Of a stretch of 62,993 bases of DNA, positions 1 to 10,288 are shown one piece after another (position 1 is the stretch's first letter; every line of letters begins with the position of its first letter). The position numbers and the translations under genes are program-made. This stretch comes from an uncultured bacterium (GTDB lineage: Bacteria > SAR324 > NAC60-12), in assembly GCA_964010765.1 (NCBI GenBank), contig CAXGMD010000008.1, positions 1 through 62,993 on the forward strand, read 5' to 3'. Below the pieces are notes generated by a model, which saw only the letters and a program-made list of their open reading frames with translations, was not told the origin of the DNA and ran no database searches.

Positions 1-171
1 CATGACATCTGTCACGGAACGTCCATCCCTAATTGCTTCGAGCAACTCGGAGGTGATCAAGGCCACAGCCTCAGGGTGATTGAGCTTGAGTCCGCGAGCA
101 CGACGCTTGCGAGCCAGTTCACCTGCAGTGAAGATAGTAAGTTTTTCTAGTTCTCGGGGAGTTAGGTTCAT
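1..171 (-). CDS. ureA: Urease gamma subunit (runs off the left window edge)
   Basis: Not in ORF track. Manual translation from ATG at 171: [57 protein letters not shown], the classic UreA N-terminus. Follows the urt operon. Confidence 0.95.
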   Translation of the reverse strand, partial: MNLTPRELEKLTIFTAGELARKRRARGLKLNHPEAVALITSELLEAIRDGRSVTDVM

Positions 172-422
172 GGCAACCCATTATTTGATAACAGATTCGA
201 AATCTTGGTGAGTTCTGCGAAGTACCGGCAGAAGATGTTGACGGTTCAAAAAGCCAAATTTTAAAGAATATTGGCCATGACGTTGTTGAAGCAGCTTTTT
301 CAAAAACGACAGGCAAGATAGCTAATTTATGCTCGAAGGCAAACTCTTATTATAGTTGCCAGAACGGAATTGATGCTTTGAAGAATGTGGGATTTCCACT
401 AACTCACATTTAAGTCAGTAAT

Positions 423-1118
423 TTAGACAGTCAGCCAGCGTCGAACTTCATGAGGTTGAACCTCCTTTTCGCTGCCTGCAAGAACAACTTCACCACGATC
501 CATGACTACATATTCATCGGCCAACTCACGAGCAAAATCAAAGTATTGTTCAACCAACAATATTGCCATTTCACCCCGTTCCCGCAGTGTTTGAATGACT
601 CGACCAATGTCTTGAATAATGGAGGGTTGAATTCCTTCGGTCGGTTCATCAAGTACCAATAGCTTTGGTTGGGTCACCAGAGCACGGGCGATTGCCAGTT
701 GTTGTTGCTGTCCTCCAGAGAGGTCTCCACCACGTCGGCCTAGCATTTGTTGAAGTACTGGAAATAGTGAGAAAACCTCCTCATCAAGACGTTTTTTCTC
801 TCTTGCCAAGCAGGCGTATCCTGATCTTAGATTTTCTTCAACTGTGAGTTGGGGGAAAATTTCTCGTCCTTGGGGTACGTAGGCAATGCCAGAGCGTGCT
901 CTTTTGAAAGGAGGCCAGTTTGTAATATCTTTTCCTGCCCAATGAATGGAACCTTCACGGAGTGGTTGCTGGCCAACAATGGCTCGAAGCAAAGAGGTTT
1001 TGCCAACGCCATTTCTTCCGAGAAGACAAGTTACACTGCCAATCGCTGCCCTCAGGTTAACCTTGCGGAGTGCTTGGCTCGCTCCGTAGTAAAGATCGGC
1101 TTGTTCCACCTGTAACAT
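423..1118 (-). CDS. urtE: Urea ABC transporter ATP-binding subunit
   Basis: Walker A GRNGVGKT, LSGGQQQQLAIARAL, DEPTEGIQP; last gene of the urt cluster. Confidence 0.93.
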   Translation of the reverse strand: MLQVEQADLYYGASQALRKVNLRAAIGSVTCLLGRNGVGKTSLLRAIVGQQPLREGSIHWAGKDITNWPPFKRARSGIAYVPQGREIFPQLTVEENLRSGYACLAREKKRLDEEVFSLFPVLQQMLGRRGGDLSGGQQQQLAIARALVTQPKLLVLDEPTEGIQPSIIQDIGRVIQTLRERGEMAILLVEQYFDFARELADEYVVMDRGEVVLAGSEKEVQPHEVRRWLTV

Positions 1119-1120
1119 AC

Positions 1121-1900
1121 TTACCTCCCTAGGTAGACTTCGATCACGGTAGCATTGGACTGCACTTCTGAGTGAGTACCTTCGGCCAGAACACTCCCTT
1201 CGTGTAAGACCGAAACTCTACAATCTAAAGCCTTGACAAATTCCATATCGTGTTCCACCACCATTACGGACTTAGTACCAGAAATTTCCTGAAGTAATTC
1301 AGCAGTCTGTTCCGTTTCTGAATCGGTCATTCCAGCAGCTGGTTCATCAACTAGCAGTAGTTGAGCGTCCTGAACAAGCAGCATTCCAATTTCTAACCAC
1401 TGCTTTTGACCGTGCGAGAGGGAGCCAGCGGGATCATTCTGACGTTCAATCAAGCGAATTCTCTCGAGCACCTGTTCCACAAGCTCTTGTTGTGTTCTTG
1501 AAGGTTTGAAAGACAAAGCGGCCCAGATTCCTCTGTTTGCCTTGAGAGCCAAGTAAAGATTGTCAGAGATACTTTGCTGCTCAAAAACAGTTGGTTTTTG
1601 GAATTTTCTGCCAATCCCAAGCTGGGCAATTTCACTTTCATCCAATGTAGCTAGATTGATCGTTTGGTTGTGGTAGAAGACATCTCCTTGATCAGGGCGG
1701 ATTTTGCCAGTTATCACATCCATCATCGTAGTTTTTCCTGCTCCGTTTGGTCCGATGATCGCTCGTAATTCTCCGTGTTCCAGCAGGATCGATAAATTAT
1801 TCAGTGCCCGAAAGCCATCAAAGGTGACGGTTACACCATCTAGATAGAGGATACTTTCATTGAGAATCTTTTCTCCGTAGGCTAGAACAGGCTGGTTCAC
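1121..1900 (-). CDS. urtD: Urea ABC transporter ATP-binding subunit
   Basis: GPNGAGKT, GIGRKFQKP, LSHGQKQWLEIGM, C-terminal VIEVYLGR. Confidence 0.93.
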   Translation of the reverse strand: MNQPVLAYGEKILNESILYLDGVTVTFDGFRALNNLSILLEHGELRAIIGPNGAGKTTMMDVITGKIRPDQGDVFYHNQTINLATLDESEIAQLGIGRKFQKPTVFEQQSISDNLYLALKANRGIWAALSFKPSRTQQELVEQVLERIRLIERQNDPAGSLSHGQKQWLEIGMLLVQDAQLLLVDEPAAGMTDSETEQTAELLQEISGTKSVMVVEHDMEFVKALDCRVSVLHEGSVLAEGTHSEVQSNATVIEVYLGR

Positions 1901-3045
1901 GAGCTTGACTCTGAACCGGATGGTTTGAGTGGAGTCTTCAGTCTGTGTTGAAAAAGTTTGTCTCGATAAAATTGAATGCCCACGATGCCCCTAGGCAACA
2001 AAACAGTCACAACAACAAACATCCCACCCAGAACAAAAAGCCAAAGTTCTGGCATTGCGCCAGTAAACCAAGTTTTTGCTAAATTAACGATGATTGCTCC
2101 CAAGGCAGCACCATAGAGGGTTCCTCTTCCCCCAACAGCGACCCAGATAACGATCTCAATTGAATTCAGTGGAGAAAATTCACCAGGATTGATGATACCA
2201 ACCTGAGGTACATACAAGGCCCCCGCTAATCCTGCGAGCATAGCCGCAACAACAAATGCAAATAGTTTATAATTTGCTGTGCGATATCCAAGGAAACGAC
2301 TCCGACTCTCTGCATCTCTGACCGCCAACAACACTTTTCCATAGTGAGTTTTGAGCAGCCAGCGGCATAAAACAAAGCCCCCAGCCAGAGCTAATGCTGA
2401 AATGATGAAGAGTCCCCGCCGAGTAGAATCCGCCTGTATTTCAATCCCTAAAACATCTTTGAAATCAGTCAGCCCATTGTTCCCACCAAAGCCAAGTTCG
2501 TTAAGGAAAAAAGCAAGCATCAAAGCATAGGTCAGTGCCTGAGTGATGATCGAAAGGTAGACACCAGTAACCCTGGAACGGAAGGCAAACCAACCAAACA
2601 CAAGAGCCAAAAGTCCTGGAATCAGAAGAACCATCAGGATCGAAAAAATAAATGAGTCAAAGCCCCACCAATACCAAGGTAAGTTTTCCCAGTTCAAAAA
2701 CACCATAAAATCAGGCAGAACTGGATGCCCATAGACTCCACGTTCTCCAATTTCCCGCATCAAATGCATCCCAAATGCGTAGCCACCCAGCGCAAAAAAA
2801 GCACCGTGTCCAAGGCTGAGAATTCCACAATATCCCCAGACCAAATCCAGCGAGAGAGCAAGTAAAGCGAAACAAAGATACTTGCCCATCAGGCTTACAG
2901 CATAAGTTGGGATGTGAAGTACCGAGTCTTGACTAACAAGACCGTTCAGTATGGGAACTAGAGTGACCAGAGCCAGGAGGCATCCAAGGAACCATCGAGC
3001 ACCCGAATCAGCTAGTAAGGTGTTGAAAAATGAGTTTGTTTGCAT
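1897..3045 (-). CDS. urtC: Urea ABC transporter permease
   Basis: DLVWGYCGILSLGHGAFFALGGY, LPDFMVFL, GGNNGLTDF motifs; polytopic. Confidence 0.93.
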   Translation of the reverse strand: MQTNSFFNTLLADSGARWFLGCLLALVTLVPILNGLVSQDSVLHIPTYAVSLMGKYLCFALLALSLDLVWGYCGILSLGHGAFFALGGYAFGMHLMREIGERGVYGHPVLPDFMVFLNWENLPWYWWGFDSFIFSILMVLLIPGLLALVFGWFAFRSRVTGVYLSIITQALTYALMLAFFLNELGFGGNNGLTDFKDVLGIEIQADSTRRGLFIISALALAGGFVLCRWLLKTHYGKVLLAVRDAESRSRFLGYRTANYKLFAFVVAAMLAGLAGALYVPQVGIINPGEFSPLNSIEIVIWVAVGGRGTLYGAALGAIIVNLAKTWFTGAMPELWLFVLGGMFVVVTVLLPRGIVGIQFYRDKLFQHRLKTPLKPSGSESSS

Positions 3046-3085
3046 GATTGAGGTTCGTTATTTGTGTCAGCCATTTCTTGAGATG

Positions 3086-4702
3086 CTAGTTTTCAACAAA
3101 TCGTCCCTTGAGTGCAAACATGCCGCGAGGTCTCTTCTGAAGGAAGAGAATGATCAAAACGAGCACAATGATTTTTGCTGCAACTGCTCCAGCGAAAGGC
3201 TCCAAAAGCTTATTGGCCAAGCCCAGGCTCATGGCCCCAAAGAAAGTCCCCCAAAGATTGCCCACTCCTCCGAAGACTACGACCATGAAAGAGTCGATGA
3301 TATAAGACTGCCCCAAATTTGGGCCCACATTAGTTAGTTGACTGAGAGCTACCCCAGCAATTCCAGCGATACCTGAACCCAAGCCAAAGGTGAGGGCGTC
3401 AACTTGGTCGGCTCTGATTCCCATTGCATTAGCCATCCGCCGATTTTGGGTGACTGCACGCATTTCCAAGCCGAAATGACTTCTTTTTAGAAGAGCGAAT
3501 AACGTCAGCAGTACGAATGGAACAAACAGGATGATGGTCATTCGATTGTAGGTGATTGATAGAAGTGGATTGATTTCCAAGGCTCCCTGCATCCAACTTG
3601 GGGTCATTACGTTTTGGTTGAGAGGCCCAAAAATACTCCTGACAGCTTGCTGAAGAAAAAGGCTCACTCCGAAAGTTGCCAGCAGTGTCTCGAGGGGTCG
3701 TCCATAGAGTAATCGGATGACAGTACGCTCGAGAATAATTCCGACTGTACCTGCGACGAGAAAAGCTGCTGGAATAGAGATGAAAAGTGAGTACTCCACA
3801 AGGTTTGGTAGTGCCCTCTGGATAACATAGGTCGTGTAGGCACCCAGCATGATCATCTCACCATGAGCCATATTGATTACGCCCATTACACCAAAGGTGA
3901 CAGCTAGGCCGATTGCTGCTAACAGCAACACAGACCCCAAACTTACCCCAAAAAATAACGTCTCAACTCCACCATAGATATCTTCCCAAAACTGAATTTG
4001 CTTCAGAGTTGCTGTGATTTTTTCTCTGATATCTAACTCAGGTTCATTCCAATTACCTGAGGGATCCTTCTGTAGTAGCTCGGTCAGAAGATTCCTGACG
4101 TCTGGGTCAAGAGATCCGCTCAGTAGTGCGACAGATTGGCGGCGGATCTCTGGGTCTGGATGCTTCAGTTGAAGGGTGGCCAAACTAAACCGCAGAACTT
4201 CTCGAACAGATTCCACCTTTTCATCGGCTAGTGCTTGTTGAAGGAGGGGCAAAATTTCTTCCGCTTGGCCATCTCGTAGCTTACGAGCAGCTTCACTCCT
4301 TGCCTTAGGATCAGGATCGGAGAGCGCTAGGCGGGCTAGGGCGTTACGTAGTGTAGAACGTATTTTGTTGTTGACACGAATGCGATTGAGTTGACGAGAA
4401 GAAACCTCCTTAGCTAATTCAGAACCTGAAAAGATGTCGTAAAGGGTATAATCATTACGGCTACCAACCGCTCTCACCAATTGTTTATCACTCTTTCGTT
4501 GATACAATTCGTTTGCAAGCATAGCCTCCAACAAGGGTTGGGCTCGTTGATCACCAGATTGTCCTAAAGCTTTGACAGCTGTCTCTACGACGGAAAACTT
4601 TTTTTGGGTCAATTGTTGTAGAATATTTTCCCATTCTGATCCTTCCACATGCAGAACATGAAGAGGAAGAAGCAGAAGAATGAGGAAGGTGACCCGGCTC
4701 AT
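3086..4702 (-). CDS. urtB: Urea ABC transporter permease with N-terminal helical (HEAT-like) domain
   Basis: GVMGVINMAHGE, RPLETLLATFG, LQKRPRGMF; signal peptide plus ~240 aa helical N-terminal domain. Confidence 0.92.
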   Translation of the reverse strand: MSRVTFLILLLLPLHVLHVEGSEWENILQQLTQKKFSVVETAVKALGQSGDQRAQPLLEAMLANELYQRKSDKQLVRAVGSRNDYTLYDIFSGSELAKEVSSRQLNRIRVNNKIRSTLRNALARLALSDPDPKARSEAARKLRDGQAEEILPLLQQALADEKVESVREVLRFSLATLQLKHPDPEIRRQSVALLSGSLDPDVRNLLTELLQKDPSGNWNEPELDIREKITATLKQIQFWEDIYGGVETLFFGVSLGSVLLLAAIGLAVTFGVMGVINMAHGEMIMLGAYTTYVIQRALPNLVEYSLFISIPAAFLVAGTVGIILERTVIRLLYGRPLETLLATFGVSLFLQQAVRSIFGPLNQNVMTPSWMQGALEINPLLSITYNRMTIILFVPFVLLTLFALLKRSHFGLEMRAVTQNRRMANAMGIRADQVDALTFGLGSGIAGIAGVALSQLTNVGPNLGQSYIIDSFMVVVFGGVGNLWGTFFGAMSLGLANKLLEPFAGAVAAKIIVLVLIILFLQKRPRGMFALKGRFVEN

Positions 4703-4758
4703 CGGTTTGGTAACTATTAGTAGCGGTCATTAGGTATGACAGCTGGATTGGGGAGGGA

Positions 4759-4789
4759 TGACTCATTGATCAGTTTGATCAGTGAGTCA
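4759..4789. terminator. Stem-loop between urtA and urtB (mRNA stabiliser or partial terminator)
   Basis: tgactcattgatca-gtt-tgatcagtgagtca: 14 bp arms with one mismatch, just after the urtA stop. Confidence 0.55.
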
Positions 4790-4801
4790 CTTTTTAGGGA
4801 A

Positions 4802-6097
4802 TCAATAGTTTTGGCCGGAGCACTTTCCATTGCTGAGGTTGTAGTTTCCACAGGAAATTGGAGCCGTCCAGTCTGCTACAATTGACTTACTATCCGGTAA
4901 AAAATCTGACCATGCATCTCCAATGACTCCCCCAGGGGTCTGCCACACTGTCTCAAATTGACCATCTGCTTGAATCTCTCCAATCAAAACAGGTTTCGTT
5001 AGGTGATGATTTGTATTCATCACTGCGGTTCCTCCTGTCAAATTTGGGTAAGTGAGCCCATACATCGACTCACGGACTGCATCAACATCTGTGGTACCTG
5101 CTTTCTCGACCGCCTGAACCCACATGTTGAAACCGATGTAGTGAGCTTCCATTGGATCATTGGTTACACGTTCCTCATTGCCAATGAAAGCGTGCCATTT
5201 TTCGATGAAGTCATAGTTGACATCCGCGTCAGCACTCATGAAATAATTCCAAGCAGCTAGATGGCCGACTAGAGGTTCAGTGTCAATTCCAGACAGTTCC
5301 TCTTCACCCACAGAGAAAGCTACTACGGGAATATCTTCTGCTGAGATTCCCTGGTTACCAAGTTCTTTGTAAAATGGCACATTTGCGTCTCCATTAATTG
5401 TGGAGACCACTGCAGTCTTTTTTCCTTCAGAACCAAATTTCTTGATGTCAGAGACAATGGTTTGCCAGTCAGCATGGCCGAAAGGGGTGTAATTGATCAT
5501 TATATCTGATGCAGCGACTCCACTATCTTTCAGATATTGTTCAAGAATTTTGTTAGTTGTTCGAGGATAGACGTAATCTGTACCTGCTAGTACCCATCGT
5601 TCTACTCCGAGATCTTCCATCAGGTAGTTGACCGCAGGGATTGCTTGCTGATTGGGCGCAGCGCCCGTGTAGAACACGTTTTTTGAAGATTCTTCGCCTT
5701 CATATTGGACTGGGTAGAATAGCAACCCATTTAATTCTTCAAAAACCGGCAAAACTGATTTTCTGGAAACCGAAGTCCAACAACCAAAAATGACGTCTGT
5801 CTCCTCTACACTTATTAGTTCGCGTGCTTTCTCAGCAAATAATGGCCAGTCGGAGGCGGGATCGACGACAACGGCTTCCAATTGTTTGCCCAATAAGCCA
5901 CCTTTTTTGTTCTGTTCATCAACGAGCATCAGCACAACATCTTTAAGAGTAGTTTCGCTGATTGCCAAAGTTCCTGATAATGAGTGCAGAACCCCTACTT
6001 TTATAGTGTCCGCAGCATTTGCCAAACCAACTACCAATCCTGCCAATCCGGTCAACAGGAGGCGCTTTGCAAACAAAGAATGCTTCTTCCAAATCAT
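4802..6097 (-). CDS. urtA: Urea ABC transporter substrate-binding protein
   Basis: Signal peptide; IKVGVLHSLSGT, FGCWTSVSRKSVLP, YPVQYEG, GTDYVYPRTTN. Confidence 0.95.
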   Translation of the reverse strand: MIWKKHSLFAKRLLLTGLAGLVVGLANAADTIKVGVLHSLSGTLAISETTLKDVVLMLVDEQNKKGGLLGKQLEAVVVDPASDWPLFAEKARELISVEETDVIFGCWTSVSRKSVLPVFEELNGLLFYPVQYEGEESSKNVFYTGAAPNQQAIPAVNYLMEDLGVERWVLAGTDYVYPRTTNKILEQYLKDSGVAASDIMINYTPFGHADWQTIVSDIKKFGSEGKKTAVVSTINGDANVPFYKELGNQGISAEDIPVVAFSVGEEELSGIDTEPLVGHLAAWNYFMSADADVNYDFIEKWHAFIGNEERVTNDPMEAHYIGFNMWVQAVEKAGTTDVDAVRESMYGLTYPNLTGGTAVMNTNHHLTKPVLIGEIQADGQFETVWQTPGGVIGDAWSDFLPDSKSIVADWTAPISCGNYNLSNGKCSGQNY

Positions 6098-6161
6098 AAT
6101 TACCTTGGGGGTGAAGGTTAAAGTTCAAGGTGAGCGCCTTATAAAAAGGCACAAATCATTC

Positions 6162-6178
6162 TGCAGCCAGAATGCCAG
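6162..6178 (-). promoter_or_regulatory. Putative sigma54 (-24/-12) promoter of urtABCDE
   Basis: Minus strand CTGGCATTCTGGCTGCA = GG-N10-GC with TGGCA and TGCA context, ~65 bp upstream of the urtA ATG, with a very AT-rich region further upstream. Confidence 0.65.
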
Positions 6179-6678
6179 AAAATAATTTAATTAAAATTTG
6201 TTCTTAAATACTGAAATCATTATTGATGAATAAAATATAATCAGTTAAATTTAGAAAATCACTGAAAATTCGTGATTAGAATTTAAATTTTTGATTAAAA
6301 ATTATACATAAAATTATAAAAAGGCTACTAATTATCAATTTTCTATTGAAAATCGAATTTGCTCGATCAAATTTCAGATATTTTTTGATGTAAATTTATG
6401 TTGATGCCATTTGAGTTGAATTTCTGAAATCTCCCAAAACTCATGAAAATAAGCTTGTGTAACTGTCAATGTCATGTTTACAGATTTAAATTATTGTGGT
6501 GACTTGACTTGAATAGTGGAGTATGTGATCTTGCACAATTTCTGCATCTGGTAGGTTTATGTTTAACCCAAAAAAGCCCTGAGTTCAGGAAATCACTGGA
6601 GTAGAACAATCTTCTTTAAATGCAATTTGAGGATGGCCGAGTCCTCCTTGGGAACATGGTGTCTAGAGAGCTTCGTAT

Positions 6679-8094
6679 ATGGGTAATGAGAAGCGCCAGT
6701 TGGCACCCCTGACTTATGAATTGCCAGATCCTTCCCAATTCTTGGTACTGGACCCGGAAGAGGAGACTCTCGATGCCCAATTACTGGTGCAGGGCTTTGA
6801 GGCATTCAATCAGGCTACCCAAAAGCTTCAGGATTATTACAGGGGTATTGAGCAGAAGGTTGATGAACTGAACTCTGAGTTAGCTCGGAAGAATCGAGAG
6901 CTAGAGCAAAATCTCCTCGAAAAAGATCGGGTCAAGAGTCACCTGAATAATATTTTTGAGAGTTCTGCCCTCGGAATAGTTGTCACTGACCTTCAGGGTG
7001 AGATTCTTTCTGTGAATCAGAAAGCACTGCGACTGCTTGATAAGATGGCGGAGGAAGTAAGGGGTCTCCGGTTGAACGAAATCTTGGGAGAACGGGTTCT
7101 TCCGTTGAGGTTGACTCCGGAGTTCATGCAAAGCTTACAGCAGGGTCAAGAGCAGGAGATGACATTACGAGGGGGCGCTGGTCTCTCTCGTCAATTGCGG
7201 CTGCATCTGTCTTTGATGAAAAGTGATCAAAACGAATGGCTCGGCTTGATCGTCAATATTCAGGACATTACAGACCTGCGGAAATTGGAAGAAGAGGCGG
7301 AGAGAAAAAATCGCTTCACAGGAATGGGTCAAATGGCCGCCAGCATTGCGCATGAGATTCGTAATCCTCTGGGAAGCATTGAGTTGTTCACCTCTTTACT
7401 TCGCAAGGAAGTTCAAAGCGAGTCTTCACAACAACTGGTTCATCATATTTCTTCAGCGGTTCAGAGTATGAATCACATCATCTCGAACTTGTTGGAGTAC
7501 ACCAAACCAAGGCCAGTTGCTAGAGAAGTGATTGACCTTCACAAATTTCTACGAGAAAATCTAAGTTTTTTTGAACAGTTGGTCGAGTACAATGATGTCG
7601 AAATGCGGACCGATTTCCTGGCGACCAACACCAAGATTCGCGGTGAAGTTGAGCTTCTCAAACAAGTCTTTCATAACATACTGATTAACGCGATCCAGGC
7701 AATGGTTGAAGAAGGTGAAATTCGCCTGACAACCAGAAATGTACTGACTGATAACCGCAAGATGCTAGAGCGATTCACTCATGTTCCGCTCTCCCAACGC
7801 CGACATGGTATGTCTTTGTTGCAGGTGTCCATTGAAGACACTGGCACGGGCATGTCGCAAGAAGTGCGCAAGCGCATTTTCGATCCCTTCTTCAGCACTA
7901 AGGAAAGAGGCACCGGATTGGGCCTTGCAATTGTTCATAACATCATTGAATCGCATGGAGCGATCATCGACGTGGAAAGTGAAGTAGATCAGGGAACCTG
8001 CTTCACCTTGTTGTTTCCAGTGGCCCACGATGATGAAGAAATCCCAGTGGATGAACCCACGTCAATCCTTCCCAAAGAACGAGTCCATTATTGA
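6679..8094 (+). CDS. PAS-domain cytoplasmic sensor histidine kinase, FleS/FlrB-like
   Basis: N-terminal coiled coil (FEAFNQATQKLQDYY), PAS region, H-box AHEIRNPLG, N-box NILINAIQA, DTGTG, FFSTK, GTGLGL. Confidence 0.85.
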   Translation: MGNEKRQLAPLTYELPDPSQFLVLDPEEETLDAQLLVQGFEAFNQATQKLQDYYRGIEQKVDELNSELARKNRELEQNLLEKDRVKSHLNNIFESSALGIVVTDLQGEILSVNQKALRLLDKMAEEVRGLRLNEILGERVLPLRLTPEFMQSLQQGQEQEMTLRGGAGLSRQLRLHLSLMKSDQNEWLGLIVNIQDITDLRKLEEEAERKNRFTGMGQMAASIAHEIRNPLGSIELFTSLLRKEVQSESSQQLVHHISSAVQSMNHIISNLLEYTKPRPVAREVIDLHKFLRENLSFFEQLVEYNDVEMRTDFLATNTKIRGEVELLKQVFHNILINAIQAMVEEGEIRLTTRNVLTDNRKMLERFTHVPLSQRRHGMSLLQVSIEDTGTGMSQEVRKRIFDPFFSTKERGTGLGLAIVHNIIESHGAIIDVESEVDQGTCFTLLFPVAHDDEEIPVDEPTSILPKERVHY

Positions 8095-8105
8095 AAGGAA
8101 GCAAT

Positions 8106-9629
8106 ATGGTTTCGCATCCCATCCTGATTGTAGACGACGAAGTCGAAATGCGGATAGCTATGTCGGAGACCCTCAAACACTGTGGGTATCCTGTTGAGCT
8201 TTCGCACAATGCAATCGATGCCCTCAAGAAATTCAAGAACAACGAATACTCGCTGGTCATCACAGACATGACGATGCCTAAGCGCAGTGGCTTGGAGTTG
8301 CTTAAGGATATCAAAGGCTTGGAGCCCTACAAACCAGTGATCATGGCCACCGCCTACGGTACGATTGAGACTGCTGTGGAAGCAATGAAGCATGGTGCCT
8401 TCGACTACATCGTGAAGCCCTTCAACTTTGAGAATTTTATTTTCATTGTTGAACGAGCGCTGGCTTATCAGGACAACAAGGGACCCATCATGTTGCGTCC
8501 CACAGAAGATAAGGGATCTGCTGCTCCTACTAGTGGGGGTGCCCGTAAGCAAACGAACGGTGATCCAAAGGAAATCGTCACCCAAAATGCTGCGATGAAA
8601 TCACTGCTGGAAGTTGCACGCAACGTTTCCCGTAGTAAGGCGACGATTCTCATCCAGAGCGAGAGTGGAACTGGTAAGGAATTGTTGGCTCAATATATCC
8701 ACAATAACTCTGAACGTGTGAACAAACCTTTTGTAGCTGTGAACTGTGCAGCAATGCCAGATACGCTGCTTGAAAGCGAGCTCTTCGGACACAAGAAGGG
8801 TTCTTTCACTGGTGCAAACCAAGATCATCGTGGAAAGTTTGAGCAAGCTCACACCGGAACGATTCTATTGGATGAAATCAGCGAGATGGCTCTTCCGCTA
8901 CAAGCTAAGCTTTTGCGTGTTCTTCAAGAGCAGGAAATTGATAAAGTCGGGGGCAAGGACCCAATCAAAGTGGATGTTCGAGTAGTAGCAACCACAAATC
9001 GTCATATGCTGGAGTGTGTCGAGTCAGGCAAGTTCAGAGAAGACCTCTATTTCAGATTGAATGTTATTCCTCTTTCCTTGCCCGCTTTGCGGGAGCGGAA
9101 GGATGATATCCCTCTTCTGGTAGAACATTTCCTGACTAAGCATGCACAGCTTAATGGTCGTGAAAGGCCTAAGATTGTTCAGGATGCTCTAGATGTCTTA
9201 ACGAACTACAACTGGCGTGGCAACGTCCGAGAGTTAGAAAACGTGGTGGAACGCGCAATGTTGCTTTGCAACGGAAACGAAATCTTGCCACACCATCTCT
9301 TGATGCATTCACAAATGGGCAGTCGTACCATTAATGAAGACCTAGCTTCTGCAACAGCTTCGATAACATCAAAAGTCTCTGCACCTGCTGTGGTAGCAAC
9401 AGAGTCCATCGTTGAGTCAAATGCAAATCCAGTGAATGGGCCTCTTGGGATTGAGGTAGGGATGTCAATGAAGGAAGCAGAGAAGAAGCTTATTTTTGAA
9501 ACCCTAAAGGAAACCAGCGGAAATCGAACCCATGCCTCACGAATTTTGGGCATCAGCATTCGTACTTTACGAAACAAGCTGAATGAATATCGTGAAGAAG
9601 GTGAGGTTTTTGAGTTCGAGGCAGACTAG
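8106..9629 (+). CDS. Sigma54-dependent response regulator, FleR/FlrC/FlbD-like
   Basis: Receiver (ILIVDD, ITDMTMP, KPF), AAA+ (ESGTGKE, GSFTGA, LLDEI), HTH LGISIRTLRNKL. ATG at 8106 after aaggaag is preferred over TTG at 8091. Confidence 0.88.
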   Translation: MVSHPILIVDDEVEMRIAMSETLKHCGYPVELSHNAIDALKKFKNNEYSLVITDMTMPKRSGLELLKDIKGLEPYKPVIMATAYGTIETAVEAMKHGAFDYIVKPFNFENFIFIVERALAYQDNKGPIMLRPTEDKGSAAPTSGGARKQTNGDPKEIVTQNAAMKSLLEVARNVSRSKATILIQSESGTGKELLAQYIHNNSERVNKPFVAVNCAAMPDTLLESELFGHKKGSFTGANQDHRGKFEQAHTGTILLDEISEMALPLQAKLLRVLQEQEIDKVGGKDPIKVDVRVVATTNRHMLECVESGKFREDLYFRLNVIPLSLPALRERKDDIPLLVEHFLTKHAQLNGRERPKIVQDALDVLTNYNWRGNVRELENVVERAMLLCNGNEILPHHLLMHSQMGSRTINEDLASATASITSKVSAPAVVATESIVESNANPVNGPLGIEVGMSMKEAEKKLIFETLKETSGNRTHASRILGISIRTLRNKLNEYREEGEVFEFEAD

Positions 9630-9778
9630 ACATAAGCTGATCATGAGTGCGGTCCTTCTGAGACCGCTCTCTCCCTTCAAGATACCCTTCCGTTGATCCC
9701 TTAGAAATCTCTCATCAAGATCTCGCCCTAGTACACTAGAGGCTGAGTAAGCAACAATACTCATTATAAACCAAATTC

Positions 9779-10288
9779 TTGATGAAGACGAATCTGCATA
9801 TATTGATCTGTCTAGAACAGACGGCATTACTGGATGCGGTCAAGCAGGAACTGTCATTTCTGGAAAGCCACTTCCACTTAAAATGTGTCGGGACTGTTAA
9901 AGAGGCGGAGGAATTCTTGAATTCGACTCTGCGTGAAGAAACATCTCTGTCCTTGTTGATTTCCAGTGATGCTTTTTCGGAAGCAGATGGTGTAGACCTA
10001 ATTGTTCGTCTACATGAAAACTCTCACACAACCAATGCGCGAAAAATTCTTGTTTGCGAAAAGCTAGACTCTGAAAAAATCCTTAGAGCTCTGAATCACG
10101 GTGGCTTGGACTACTGCCAACTAGCACCCTGGCAGATCGGTGACTTTGCCAAAACCGTGATCAAGATCCTCAGCGAATATGTCGTCCGCTTTGTGGAACA
10201 TCCCCTGCCCTACGCCTTTGTACTGGACGAAGGCATCATTCTGCAACACCTGCGAAACCAGAACCCCACCCATTTAGATTTTAGATGA
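9779..10288 (+). CDS. Degenerate receiver-like protein coupled to an SLC13 permease
   Basis: Receiver-like pattern (DGVDLIVRL, ARKILV, ALNHGGLDYCQLAPW) lacking the DD pair and the conserved Lys; ATGA overlap with the next gene. Confidence 0.65.
   Translation: MMKTNLHILICLEQTALLDAVKQELSFLESHFHLKCVGTVKEAEEFLNSTLREETSLSLLISSDAFSEADGVDLIVRLHENSHTTNARKILVCEKLDSEKILRALNHGGLDYCQLAPWQIGDFAKTVIKILSEYVVRFVEHPLPYAFVLDEGIILQHLRNQNPTHLDFR

Noticed and set aside
119..316. 65 aa minus-strand ORF from the track
   Set aside because: It overlaps the real ureA start in another frame and has no recognisable motif.
345..363. TTCTGGCA on the minus strand upstream of ureA, resembling the urtA -24 element
   Set aside because: There is no GC at the -12 position (GG-N10-AA).
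6524..6547. tgtgatcttgcaca and tgcacaatttctgca as CRP or NtrC sites
   Set aside because: Half-site spacing does not fit TGTGA-N6-TCACA or TGCAC-N7-GTGCA.
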